Positions 33,777 to 45,724 of a stretch of 64,000 bases of DNA are shown one piece after another. The translations under genes and the position numbers were made by a program. The notes beneath the pieces are model-generated. The model did not search any database and was not told the origin of the DNA. It saw only the letters and a program-made list of their open reading frames with translations. Position 1 is the first letter of the stretch; each line of letters opens with the position of its first letter. The DNA is from Elsinoe ampelina (taxonomy: Eukaryota), in assembly GCA_010093995.1 (NCBI GenBank), contig ML992505.1:1718670-1782669 (forward strand), read 5' to 3'.

Positions 33777-36423
33777 CTAAGATATGAATACCTCCAGACT
33801 GACCTCATTTCCCCAGGTGTATGTCTTGACGGCCCTCTCCCGATCCTCCTTCCACAACTTCTCGTAATCAATCTCCAACACTTGATCGCTATGCACACTC
33901 ACCCTCACATTCTCCCTCGGCAACGGCGTCCCTCCCATGAGCACCATGACATTCTCCTCCACACTCTTGCTCGGCAGACTACTCACATACACTCCCAACA
34001 CCCCGACCGCCTTGAGCTTCACCCACATCCTTATCCTCCCCACCTCCTCCCTGTAGACATCATACGCCAGCACCGCCGCAATGCCCGTCATCTTCCCCAC
34101 CAACCCCAGCACAGCAACTTTACTCTCCCCATGCCTCTGCTCAAACGTCTTCAACGGATGCGAACTCAACACCGCCCATCCCCTCCAATTCAAATCCACC
34201 TTGACCACCCCTCCCTTCTTCCCCTCCAACCCCACCGTCATCGGGCTGGACACCGCCCCCTCGTAATCCCGCACGATGTACTCCACATCCTGCTCCGCGC
34301 CAGGGAAGTCCTCCAACCTCACAATCTCCCCAAACGCCTGCTGGAGACAATTGAACACGCCCAGAATCCCTGACCCGGTTCGTGCAAAGCCAACATACGT
34401 CCCTGCCTTGAGCAAAGCCTGATCTTTGTACCCCGCGTAGGCGGAGATACTCTTCCCACTCCTGTGCGGACGCAGGATGATGCGTCGTCCTGACTCCGGC
34501 GTCGCGGCCGTCATGGCGTTGATGAGCTCCACGTCATGCTGGCCCGGGTAGTCAGTGAAGTAGATCGGACCACCGCTCACGCAGCGCGCCGCGGCGTGGA
34601 AGCCGGCCCAGGGGTGTCGAGTCTGGAACATATCCCAGTCTGGAACGACGTTGAGGTGCTGCGTCAGCAAGGAGTTGTGGGCGTTGCAAAAGACGTGCCA
34701 GGGGTGGGAAGCCTCGATGTCGGGGAAGAAGTCGTCAGAGTTGCGCACGGGGATGGTGGGGCGGTTGATGGGGAGTTGGGAGTGGAAGAGCACGGATGGG
34801 GATTGGGACATGCAGGAGATGGTGCGGGCGGAGAAGTGTCGGAGGGAGGCGATGGTCCAGGCGTCTTGGTAGGCGGTGATGAGGGAGCGGCGGGCGGGGG
34901 CGGAGTGAAGCAGGTCGAGGTAGAATTGAACGTCTGTTTTGACCGAGTCGATGCCGCAGGAGGAAAGGAAGGCGTAGAAGTCGGAGTACATCTGCTTGAT
35001 GGAGGATTCGCTGATGACGGTCATGGGGCCGGTGATAACGGACATGTCGACGTCGACGATGTCGGTGGAGTAGTCCTTGGCGAGCTTGCCGTTGGGGGAG
35101 ATGCAGCCCCAGTAGCCCATCATGGCGTGCCAGACGGCGATGTGGCGGAGGTTGGGGTGCTTGGAACGGATGTCGGAGATGGTCTGCTTGAGTCCATTGG
35201 GGAAGCCCTCCTTGTTGGCCTCGAATTCAATCCAGCCTCGTTGGAACTGCGTGTCTCCTTCTGCAATGGACTGCCAATTGTCGTCGATTATGAGGTTCTC
35301 AATTATGATCCCAGCTTTCTTCAGCTCATCTAGAGCATGATTGATCTTCTCCTCCGTGAGCTTCTGACCGAGCCCGTTCCAGGTACAGTATGTGAAGCCA
35401 TCGTACCAGTCCTCGAACCATTGTGGTTTTGGATCCTTTGTGAGAGCCTGGAACTCCTTCTCTGTCTCTGCATCTGTCTCCGGGTTCGCCTGAATGACCT
35501 TTCGGGCCTCATACATGACTGCAGAATTAGCGACCTCGAATGACGCTGAGACCGCTACCAGGACCCGAGATGTGCCTTGTTCATCAAGATCATTTCGTCC
35601 CTGTATGATCACACTGCCGTCGCTGTCATGCTTGAGTGTGGTCGTGACGTCTCGGACTCCACTGATGCCCAAGCACACAACATGGAACCCATCAGATCGC
35701 AAGAAAGATACCAAGATACCATCTTTATCCAGCTCAAACTTACCAGCACCTTGTCTTGGAGCCAACCACGGTGCCCACAATCGGACCAGAGAGAACCAAC
35801 GTATCGAGTCCTTGGGCAGGCCCAATTTGGTGGAGCTCTCGCCAGAGTCTTCACCATTGGCTGCTTTGACAGGCGTCGTCAATGAGAATAGCAGTGTGTC
35901 CGGGCAGTCACACTTGGGATTTGTGATTCTGATATCAGAGCTGATCCCGTCAAAGAAATGGCCAAGATCATGGTCCCCTAGTGGTCCAGCGAAGTGAATT
36001 TGCCCGTCAGTGATGCTAGTCTGATCTCGAACCCACTTCCAACCATGCTGAGCATTCGTCTTGAATTTGATAGTGAAGCTTGTAGTGGAACCGGCCTTGG
36101 AGGAGGTGGCTAGCTCTCCCGTATACCATCTTCGTGCATGGCTTTGATTAGCTTGTACTAGTAACTAGTCTCTGTCAGGACGGGTCAATAGATCAATGAA
36201 GCAGACTCACCGTATCGCTGTGATCACTGGCCAGTTGCAAAGAAGTTTCTTGCCACTCCGAAGACTGTTCATGATTATGCCACAAGCACACACTGACATC
36301 CTCGTCCTTGAGCGTGGAAGCTCTATCTGTCTCCAAGCATACTGTGAAGTGTACAACTTTCTGGTCCACCGGAATTACTGTAGACTGCCCAAGAGGAGGC
36401 CAACTCGTCAGATTGGCAAACAT
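33777..36423 (-). CDS. Raffinose synthase / Sip1-type alkaline alpha-galactosidase (GH36)
   Basis: YCTWNGLG, LIIDDNWQ, VWHAMMGYWG, GIDSVKTDVQ, RNSDDFFP, PDWDMFQT, FHAAARCVSGGPIYFTD. Exon 1 MFANLTSWPPLGQ with an intron at ~36165-36210. An in-frame ATG at 36585 could add 54 aa. Confidence 0.92.
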
Positions 36424-36889
36424 CTTGTCCAATTTCTCGGGATCTTTTGGCTTGATCTTCCCCTGAGATGGTGGTACCTGTTCCGGGAGCAGATCCGGTG
36501 GCGGGGCAGGATACACTCGTTCTCCCGTCTCGGTGTCACAGTATCCCAAGCTGATGCCCTTTTGTTTTGTCTCTGGCTTACCCATGGATGGAAATATAAT
36601 CTACAGAAGCGAAGAATAGAGACAACGTCATTTATCGAAAAACGATGATCGGATACAACAGCAGGGACATGGAGATCACGATCTCATCTGCCCCGCCTGT
36701 TGTCCGCATCTTCTCGACCCCCACACTTTTCCCCACGCTTTTCACACCTCACTTGACCCGATCAAAACTTTGTTCAGACATCACGAATCTGAGACCACGC
36801 ATCATGGCGTTACACCTGCTGTCAAATCGACTATTACGAGCCTGGTAGATCACCCAACGAAGCATTGATCGACCCCTGAAGCTCTCATC

Positions 36890-38179
36890 ATGTTCGACAC
36901 GATCTGCACCCTCCCTCTCACTTCCGACCTCTTCTGCCAAACCCTCCACTCCTCAGAACCTATATTGGCGACAGGTCTAGCTTCAGGCCACGTCTCGATA
37001 TACCGCCTCCCTGCCACATCATCCGATGGGTCGGCTTCATCTGAGGATGACGCAGCGACTTCCACTTCCTCGAATGGACTAGGGCAGATCGCCACACAAT
37101 GGCGCACTCGCCGACACGAGTCTTCATGCAGAAGCCTTTCTTTCACGACGGATGGTGATGGGCTCTTCAGCGCTGGTGCGGACGGCATAGTGAAATTTGC
37201 AGACACGGAGAGCGGCAGGGTCAAAGACAAGATTGCCATCCCTCTGGATCCGTCGACAGGAGACATTGATGCGCCGAGCTTGATTCATGCTTTGAGCCCA
37301 CAGACCTTTCTTCTGGCCACAGACTCATCCGCGCTCTATCTCTATGATCTTCGAGTCGCGGAGAAGACTGGTCTGGGTGAAGTCTGGACGAAGAGGAAAC
37401 CTACCCAGACGCACCACCCCCACACGGACTATATCAGCAGTCTCACCCCTTTACCACCCAGCGAGGCGAGTACGAGCGGCTTCAGCAAGCAGTGGGTCAG
37501 TACTGGAGGAACCACTCTTGCTGTGACAGATCTTAGGAGGGGCGTGCTGGTTCAGAGCGAGGATCAGGAGGAGCTCTTACTATCGTCTTGCATCATGGGA
37601 GGACTATCGGCGAAGGGTACCAGCACTTCCGAAAAGGTCATCGTTGGTGGTGGAGCTGGTGTCCTCACTTTGTGGGAGCGTGGTCAGTGGGACGACCAGG
37701 ACGAGAGAATCGTTGTCGACAAGGGGTTCGACAAGGGTCAGGGTGGAGAAAGTCTAGATGTCTTGCAAGTCCTGCCGAATGGAATTGGTCCTGGTAGGAC
37801 GGTGGCTGTCGGTCTGGGGGATGGCAGGGTGAGGTTCGTCAAAATTGGACCCAACAAGGTCATTGATCAAGTACGACACGACGATGTTGAGGGCGTTGTT
37901 GGGCTCGGCTTCGATGTGGAAGGCCGTCTCATCACTGGCGGAGGAAGCACGATCAAGGTATGGCACGAGAAGGTGGGTGAGGACAACGGCGCGTATGTTG
38001 AGCCGGGCAAGTCACCTGTGGGCAAGACTTCAATACACGCCGACAGCGACGCAGAGGACTCTGGTGCGGAAGAAAGCGAAGAGGAGCAGCCTGAACAGCC
38101 GCCACGTAAGAAGAAAAAGGGCAACAGTGGCCATCTCAATGGCAAAGCAGGATCTTTCACTTTCTCGGGTCTGGATTGA
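36890..38179 (+). CDS. JIP5: WD-repeat protein Jip5 (ribosome biogenesis)
   Basis: [67 protein letters not shown]-terminal acidic region, KKKK and FSGLD. Confidence 0.9.
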   Translation: MFDTICTLPLTSDLFCQTLHSSEPILATGLASGHVSIYRLPATSSDGSASSEDDAATSTSSNGLGQIATQWRTRRHESSCRSLSFTTDGDGLFSAGADGIVKFADTESGRVKDKIAIPLDPSTGDIDAPSLIHALSPQTFLLATDSSALYLYDLRVAEKTGLGEVWTKRKPTQTHHPHTDYISSLTPLPPSEASTSGFSKQWVSTGGTTLAVTDLRRGVLVQSEDQEELLLSSCIMGGLSAKGTSTSEKVIVGGGAGVLTLWERGQWDDQDERIVVDKGFDKGQGGESLDVLQVLPNGIGPGRTVAVGLGDGRVRFVKIGPNKVIDQVRHDDVEGVVGLGFDVEGRLITGGGSTIKVWHEKVGEDNGAYVEPGKSPVGKTSIHADSDAEDSGAEESEEEQPEQPPRKKKKGNSGHLNGKAGSFTFSGLD

Positions 38180-38414
38180 TTTCAGCGACAAGATACCCAC
38201 GGCGATTTTGCTGACGAGCGACAAAAGTTCAGGGACCATTTGCTCAGCTAGTCTATGTCAAATTTGATGATTGAAATTATGGATGCATTGATTCACACGC
38301 ATATATTTTCATACTCGACCTCGGTCCATCAAATCTGCATCTCGACGTCATCCCCAGAGCTCCCATCTTCACTTTTTGCCCTCCAACTCTCCAACCCACC
38401 ATCACACCACAACA

Positions 38415-39092
38415 ATGGGCTCCTCGTCCTCCAAAGCCGCCCGCGCCGCCGGGTCTTCCGCCCGCAAATACCCCTCCCGCCCATCCCCCTCCACCAACCT
38501 CCCTGCCGGCCCCCCTCCCCCGGCCGCAGCGAACCACCGACCCGGTCCCACCGTCCACCCCGAACCCAGCGCCACCACCTCCCGCTCCGAAACCATCAAC
38601 CTCGACGCCTCGGACCCTGACTTCGCCCGCTCCCTGCGCTCCCTCGGCGCCGTCCAGCCCAACCCTACCCTGAGCCCAAGCTCGAAATTCAGCGACGTCT
38701 TGTCCAGCAAAGCCGGGGCACGAAACCCCACTGCCGTTCCTACACAGCCAAGAGCAGGAAGTGCGCAATCTACGTACGCCAACACCGATGTAAGAGGGGT
38801 TCAAGGTGGGCCACCCGTCGGCCCAGACCCGGCGAGGAACCCAGCGCTTATGATTCTGAAGGCGAGGGAGCGGATCGCGGACGAGGCGGAGAGGGAGGCT
38901 GGGGAGATGGGGAGGAGGGGGTATGAGGGGAGGAGGTTCATGGATGTGGGGACGATACGGCAGGCGTTGAGTCTGAGGGAGAGAGGGGTGGGGGAGGAGA
39001 AGGTGGAGGAGATGTTGGAGTTGAGGAGGGGGACGTTGGGGGTGCTCGGGCGGAGGGGAGTGGTGGGAGTTGTGGAGATGAGTGGTGATTGA
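38415..39092 (+). CDS. Conserved fungal protein with N-myristoylation motif (MGSSSSK) and C-terminal helix-turn-helix-like domain
   Basis: ARKYPSR, I.LDA.DPDFA.SLRSLG.VQPNPT, NPALMIL.AR, GRRFMDVGTIRQAL.LR..G..IE. Confidence 0.75.
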   Translation: MGSSSSKAARAAGSSARKYPSRPSPSTNLPAGPPPPAAANHRPGPTVHPEPSATTSRSETINLDASDPDFARSLRSLGAVQPNPTLSPSSKFSDVLSSKAGARNPTAVPTQPRAGSAQSTYANTDVRGVQGGPPVGPDPARNPALMILKARERIADEAEREAGEMGRRGYEGRRFMDVGTIRQALSLRERGVGEEKVEEMLELRRGTLGVLGRRGVVGVVEMSGD

Positions 39093-39630
39093 AGGATGGC
39101 TTGGGATGTTGAAGAGATGGGATCGGATGGGCTGCCGCTCGGGGCGAAGGATAGGGTACTCAGTGGATCGAGAGAGCCGCTTCCAGGATGAAACGGGGAG
39201 CAGGCAGGGGACTGACATCCCTCAAGACACATGCGCCAGTGTCGCGTGTCAAGCAACATGCATCGGCCAGGCAGCTTAGTAAGAGCACGTAGATGGCGGT
39301 GCTCAAGGGAAGCCGAATAGGGTACGAGCGCTATGCTCGTCACATCGGATATGAGGCCGTATATAGAAGCATGTCCTGATCATCAAGCGCATTGAATGGA
39401 TTTCTCGAACGACTTGAATTCATGAATTGTCGGATATCCTGACCAAACGCCACTCGAATCCACCCAGAAATCCCAGTCCATGCGCTCTTCCCATTCCTCT
39501 TGCAGATGTTACCTTCGTATCACCTTCTCGTCCTATCCTGCTCCCTCGCCACCTCTTCGTTGACCTCATAATCCTTTGTCCCGAACCACAGCACACCCAC
39601 CACCACAACCCCAACCATCCATCCCTTGAT

Positions 39631-39970
39631 TCACCGCTTCCTTTCAAACCATCCCGAACTGCTCATGATCGCCACACTCTGATCCATGAACACCTCTCCA
39701 ATTCCCAGGTAAGTCGCGATCCACGACCGCGCCGTTTCGTTCGATGTGATGTTGTCCGACTTTAAGCTAGGTCTGGTGTCAGATTAGTCTGTTTTCCCGC
39801 ACTCCGATCCGGCTGTTGGTAGATCGACTTACGTGAGACCTGTCGAGCGCTTGACGCCGGCGAGGAAGGCGGAGAGGAGGACGGCGTCGAAGGCGTAGTG
39901 GGTTAGGCGGCCGAGCTGGGAGGCGTTAGTGGTGAAGGGGAAGGCATCGGTCAAAGGTACTTGCCACCAT
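39631..39970 (-). CDS. Small DUF1748-type fungal protein (3 exons; absent from the ORF track)
   Basis: Spliced product MVLGRLTHYAFDAVLLSAFLAGVKRSTGLTPSLKSDNITSNETARSWIATYLGIGEVFMDQSVAIMSSSGWFERKR. Intron 1 (39916-39964) is GC-AG. Confidence 0.85.
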
Positions 39971-40767
39971 GATCGCGGGTGCAGCTGTTGAGACAGAAGA
40001 GCGAGGTGATGATGTCGCTGCAGCGGTGGGTGCGCAAGAATGGGATGTAGTCAGAGGGGCGTTTGGCGACAAAGACTCGGCATCTGATGGTCTCGTGGAG
40101 GAGGTCGGGTGCGGGCTGGAAAGCTTTGACCAGGAGTGCGGACGGGAAGGCGGGAATCTCGGCTCGCTACGTTGTTCAAAGTTGGTGGACCCTGGAGAGC
40201 TCTTTGCTGTATCCGCAGGCTCTTTCCCATTCAACAGATCGACATATTGAAGTCGTTTCTCGTGTAGCTGCTGTTCGGGCTAATGCGACATATTGATAGT
40301 TCAATTGGCGTACCAGTATCAGTGACAAAATGACCGTGATCAAAACGATCAACTTGATTGGTCGGTCCGACAGCAGAGATGTAATTATCGATAAGGATTG
40401 TTGAGAGCTTCTCCGGAGCTCAGCTGTTTCTGATGTTTTGCCCACTGCGCTTGTCCCACGCGGGGTTTGGAGCGGAGCTGCCCTCACCGAACACGGTATG
40501 AGCTCACCAGAAAAAAAAAGCCATCTGCCACAACATCATCCCAAACACCGGTCTTCGTTTCTCTGACAGACCAATTGACCACATCTATCTCCACAGCCGC
40601 TGATCTCTCTCAGCCGCCACGTCCAGAACCTGCTTCAGCCTGCTTGTGAGGCTGCGGCTAAATCTGGTTTGCTATATCCACGCAAGCTTCCCCCACCTAT
40701 TGTCCGATCGCTTCTAATCTTTTACAGCGACCACCTTTCTGATCAGCAATTGTCACAAACCGACACC

Positions 40768-42445
40768 ATGGCTGACGCTATCACCCATCTCACCGCTGGT
40801 CGTACCAGGGTAGAATGGCTGTCCCAGCTCAACACCGAGTACAAGCCAAAGAAGCAATTCCGCCGCACATCCATTATCTGCACGATTGGACCCAAGACCA
40901 ACTCTGCTGAGAAGATCAACATGCTCAGGAGGGCCGGTTTGAACGTCGTTCGCATGAACTTCTCTCACGGCTCGTACGAGTACCACCAGTCCGTCATCGA
41001 CAACGCCCGTCAGGCAGAGAAAGAGCAGGCGGGTCGCCCAGTGGCTATTGCACTTGATACCAAGGGCCCGGAGATCCGTACCGGCAACACACCAAACGAT
41101 GAGGACATCCCTATTACCGCAGGCACTGAGCTCAACATCACCACCGACGACAAGTACGCCACGGCAAGCACAAACGAGAACATGTAAGGCAGCTAATATG
41201 CCAGACAAAGCCAGGACTTACATAAACAGGTATGTCGACTACAAGAACATCACAAAGGTCATCGAGGCTGGGCGCACCATTTTCGTCGACGATGGCGTCC
41301 TTGCGTTCGAGGTTCTCAAGGTGGTCGACGACAAGACTATCCGCGCTCGCGCTGTCAACAACGGCAAGATCTGCTCCAAGAAAGGCGTCAACCTCCCCAA
41401 GACCGACGTCGATCTTCCAGCTCTCTCCGACAAGGACAAGGCTGATCTGCGTTTTGGTGTCAAGAACGGGGTCGATATGGTCTTCGCTTCCTTCATCCGC
41501 CGCGGCTCCGACATCACTGCGATCCGCGAAGTGCTCGGAGAGGAGGGCAAAGACATTCAGATCATCGCCAAGATTGAGAACCAGCAGGGTGTGAACAACT
41601 TTGATGAGATCCTCAAGGAGACGGACGGCGTCATGGTCGCACGTGGTGATTTGGGTATTGAGATCCCACCTGCTCAGGTCTTCATCGCGCAGAAAATGAT
41701 GATCACCAAGTGCAACATTGCCGGCAAGCCTGTCATCTGCGCCACACAAATGCTGGAGAGCATGACATACAACCCTCGTCCGACTCGTGCTGAAGTCTCT
41801 GATGTTGGTAACGCTGTTCTGGACGGCTCAGACTGCGTCATGCTTTCAGGAGAGACGGCGAAGGGCAACTACCCCAGCGAAGCAGTCTCCCTCATGCACG
41901 AGACCTGCTTGCTTGCTGAAGTCGCCATCCCGTACGTCAACGCTTTTGACGAGCTCCGCAGCTTGGCCCCTCGCCCTGTCCCGACGACCGAGTCTTGCGC
42001 CATGGCTGCCGTATCCGCCAGTCTGGAGCAGAACGCCGGTGCTATCCTCGTCCTGACTACCAGGTAAATCGGACAGGTCTTGTATCCATTATCAATGCTA
42101 ACATGATTTAGTGGCACCACTGCCCGTCTGATCTCCAAGTACCGCCCAGTCTGCCCCATTCTGATGGTCACTCGCAACGCCCGCGCATCGCGATACAGCC
42201 ATCTTTACCGCGGCGTCTACCCATTCGTCTTCCCTGAGGCCAAGCCAGACTTCACGAAGACTCCCTGGCAGGAGGATGTTGATGGACGTCTGAAGTGGGG
42301 TATTCAGGAGGCCATCAAGCTCGGTGTCCTCAACAAGGGCGACCCTGTCGTCTGCGTACAAGGTTGGAGAGGAGGAATGGGCCACACCAACACCTTGCGT
42401 ATCGTTCCGGCCGAGGAGGATCTTGGTCTTGACCAGAACGCGTAG
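40768..42445 (+). CDS. PYK1: Pyruvate kinase
   Basis: [63 protein letters not shown]. Introns at 41184-41229 and 42064-42111. Confidence 0.97.
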
Positions 42446-43425
42446 AGGCAGACAGAAGAAGACACAGTCAGCGACTCGAAAGACGTACCAAGCTTCTCAG
42501 AGCGATCACGACGTAGCTATATGAACGTTATACCAAACCAGTAACAACATCTTCCTGTTCCTTTGGCCGTCCCGATTGTGATGTGGAATTTGCCGATGGG
42601 AGATGTTAGCTGCCCGCAGAGATCTTTGTCCACTTTCCCTAACTTCTCACTAAAAACCTGGTCTGCTCATCTCCTACGTTCGTAATCATCTTCGTTCTTT
42701 CGACAGCATCTATTGGATAGCATCTATTCGCTACAAGTTCGCAATATGGATCATCGCTAATGATCATGGCACCGAAATTCGCCTGCACGAGATCGAGTCC
42801 CCAAGAAGCTTGTCAACACCAGAATCTTTCTGTACGGTACAACAATTTTTCCCGAGATTCTTGTGGTTTCATTCCTGATTTCCTTAGATACGCATTGTCA
42901 TAGGGCCCGGCGGTGCCGACTCTTGTCCCTGTTGGACTCTGCGTTGCATGGAAGACCACCCTTCGGCAGCTTCAGTGGCGAATCCGTGGCACGCATTTCG
43001 TCTTCCAAGCAGATTCGACCTTGACAGCCAGCAAAAGTCTCTGTCTCCAAATGCAAAGCTTGAATCGAGGACTGGCAAAAGCAGCGACAGACGTACCCGA
43101 GACCAACCAGCTCCATCACCGGCAGAGTGTGAAGACAGCAAAGTTCTTTGCGCATGCCTTGTGGCTGTATGTGTGTATCACTCCAATAGGCGCCTGGCAG
43201 ATTTCCACCGATGATTGGACTCGATTCGAGCGCACGAGGTGTCACAACAAGGTTTATGCGTCAACCAAAAGCAAGAGTGCCACGTCGCCTACAATGAATG
43301 GCTCGAATTGCTTGTAGCCTATAAGCTCAAGAGGTAGGTTCACAACATGCATCCGGCAGAAGCATAGCACGACTCCTACAGAAAGTATCTTGGGAGACCA
43401 CGAGCAAAGCAGCCATAGCTGCCCA

Positions 43426-43432
43426 TATATAA
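43426..43432 (+). promoter_or_regulatory. TATA box (TATATAA) upstream of the first F-box-like gene
   Basis: Consensus TATA ~240 nt before the ATG at 43666. Confidence 0.45.
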
Positions 43433-43665
43433 GGGCAGCAGATCTCCATACTGTTAGCCCTCCTTCATCGCACGGTATTCTTACTGATAGATTGCAAGCC
43501 TTATCTCAAAGACTTTGCCACACTAGCAGCACTAGCAAGACCTCAGCGACTCAGCGACCACCTCGACCAACACACTCACCGCCATCTACCACACTTTCTA
43601 CCCCATCTCCTACCCCGACACGTCCTCTCCACTTCTTCAAGACTCTCCAGCTTTCGAGAGACAAG

Positions 43666-45471
43666 ATGTGTGCAGCTGGTCAAGTAACTGCGCAGAAATC
43701 AAGGACTGGTATGGCTGATTTGCCGGCCGAGTTGTTGCTGGCGATCTGCAAAGAGGCCACAGCAGAGATGCTCAAGTCGCTCATACCGGTCAACCGCACC
43801 TTGTATGACTATGCCCGCCCATTTCTATATCGCAAGATCGATATCCACGACTGGCAAGGTATCAGTCACGACGAAATAGAGCACGAAGATCCCAGGCCTT
43901 CACCACTAACTACACCTCAAGGTATGGATGTCATACCTATTCTTCTAGAGGATCGAGATCTTGCCCGCTGTGTGAAGAGTCTCCGTGTCTTCAGATCATA
44001 TGGAGACTTAGCCTGCGACACGGACGGTGTTCGGTTCGACGATTTTCCGGACTTCTACTCCCCGTACAATATGCACTCCCATTGGGGGTTTTTCGAGCCG
44101 TTCATGAGACGCTGGTCTGAGGCGAGAGCAAATTTGACCAAAGACGAGGACTTTCGCTGCTGGCAGATGTCTTTGCTAGCTTCCAAGGAGACCTGCGATG
44201 ATGCGGCTCTGGCTCTCATGCTGACAATGTTGCCTGAGCTCACCTCACTGGTTCTACCAACCGTCTCCTTCACAGCGCACTACACAGGGCAAGCCTTACC
44301 TTTAGCATCATCCTATTGGACGACTCGAGTATTCACGAGCCTACTCTCATGCAAAGAAAAAGGTACACCACTTCACAAACTCACCGATCTCTGCATCACT
44401 GCCTGCAACGATTCCTTTTCTGGACGGACAATCCCGCATCACCCTGAACTCCCTCCTCGCAGGCACTACGACGACTTCGTCACCTTCCAACACGCTCACG
44501 ACCTCGCATTACAGGTCCACCGTCTTCAGAGACTCACGATCCACCGAGCCTGCCTCAACGACCCAAGACCCATCCACTCCAACCCACTCCCCACCCTTCC
44601 CTCGACCCTCACCCGTCTCGAACTCTCAGATTGCCGCTTCCTCCCCAACTTCCACGACCTCAGCACCGTCCTCCTCGCTTGCCCGCCCCTCAAGACCCTC
44701 GTGATCACCCTCCCAGGAGAATGGGAAAACAGCCTCACCACCCACGGATTCAGAAACAACATCCGCCCCGTCCCAAGGGACTTCCTCTTCAACGCCATCT
44801 CCGCCCACGCCCCCTCCCTCGAGAACCTAGAAGTCCACCTCGAAGACCGCATCTTCGCTTTCAACCCCCTGTACGACCCCAAGTCAGGATTCGAAGACAT
44901 CCCCTCCTTCCCGAGGGTCAAGAACCTAGCCATCGACGCCGCGTTGTTCCTGAGGGAAAGCGTGGACGCAGAGTGGCAGGGTCCAGACGTCGAGAACCTC
45001 TTCCCCAACGTCGAGACGCTCAGCATCAGGGGATGCAGGGATGATCTTTGGCTTTTGAGGAAGACGAGGGAGGTATCTACCCGTCGGTCGTGGAAGGAAC
45101 TCAAAAGGGTTGTCCTCGAGTTTCTGCCCGGGAGTATCTTCGCTGCTGCAGCGTATACTTGGGTGGAGAGGAATGGGGCGCGGAGGAGGAGGCGGTACCT
45201 CTCTGGCGATGTCGAGGGGGATGCAAAGGGTCTGGGAGGAGATGGTGTGACGATGAAGGGTGAGCCGAGGGGCGAGGCGGGGAAGTACCTCGACCTCGTC
45301 CGGGAGACAGGGGTGGAGTTGGCGTTGGTGGAGAGTACGTGGGAAGGAGGATGGGAGGGGGTTGTTCCCGGGATGATGAAGAGGAGGAAGGACCGGGAGA
45401 GAAAGGGGAGGGTGTGGGGTGTGAGCGAAGGGGGAGGATGTTGGAGGGGGTGGGGGGTTTTGGATATGTGA
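43666..45471 (+). CDS. F-box-like / LRR-like protein A
   Basis: MADLPAELLLAIC..LKSLIPVNRTLYDYARPFLYR F-box-like motif followed by LxxLxL repeats. Intronless. Confidence 0.8.
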   Translation: MCAAGQVTAQKSRTGMADLPAELLLAICKEATAEMLKSLIPVNRTLYDYARPFLYRKIDIHDWQGISHDEIEHEDPRPSPLTTPQGMDVIPILLEDRDLARCVKSLRVFRSYGDLACDTDGVRFDDFPDFYSPYNMHSHWGFFEPFMRRWSEARANLTKDEDFRCWQMSLLASKETCDDAALALMLTMLPELTSLVLPTVSFTAHYTGQALPLASSYWTTRVFTSLLSCKEKGTPLHKLTDLCITACNDSFSGRTIPHHPELPPRRHYDDFVTFQHAHDLALQVHRLQRLTIHRACLNDPRPIHSNPLPTLPSTLTRLELSDCRFLPNFHDLSTVLLACPPLKTLVITLPGEWENSLTTHGFRNNIRPVPRDFLFNAISAHAPSLENLEVHLEDRIFAFNPLYDPKSGFEDIPSFPRVKNLAIDAALFLRESVDAEWQGPDVENLFPNVETLSIRGCRDDLWLLRKTREVSTRRSWKELKRVVLEFLPGSIFAAAAYTWVERNGARRRRRYLSGDVEGDAKGLGGDGVTMKGEPRGEAGKYLDLVRETGVELALVESTWEGGWEGVVPGMMKRRKDRERKGRVWGVSEGGGCWRGWGVLDM

Positions 45472-45724
45472 AGGTACTGTACTGGCTTGGTAAGACGTTT
45501 GGGTAGATTGTTTGTAAACGACACGGCTCAATCCTGGGTATGTAATGGTAATGTATTGCGCACTGTAAAAGTACAGCAACACTTATATGGGCATCTTGGG
45601 ACCTAATGATGCTATAGCTGAGGTACATAGCAATCCGAGTCTTCAAGGAGTACAATGGATGCACGAGTGTAGCAAACTCGACGGCAGACCCCTTCCGTAT
45701 TCTCATAGCTGCATAAGCCGCATG

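Noticed and set aside
38277..39343. 313-aa and 180-aa antisense ORFs
   Set aside because: Stop-poor by-products of extreme C/G skew opposite a conserved gene.
42720..43320. Possible small spliced gene between PYK1 and F-box A
   Set aside because: ATG, donor and ORF frames do not assemble convincingly, and no motif was recognised.
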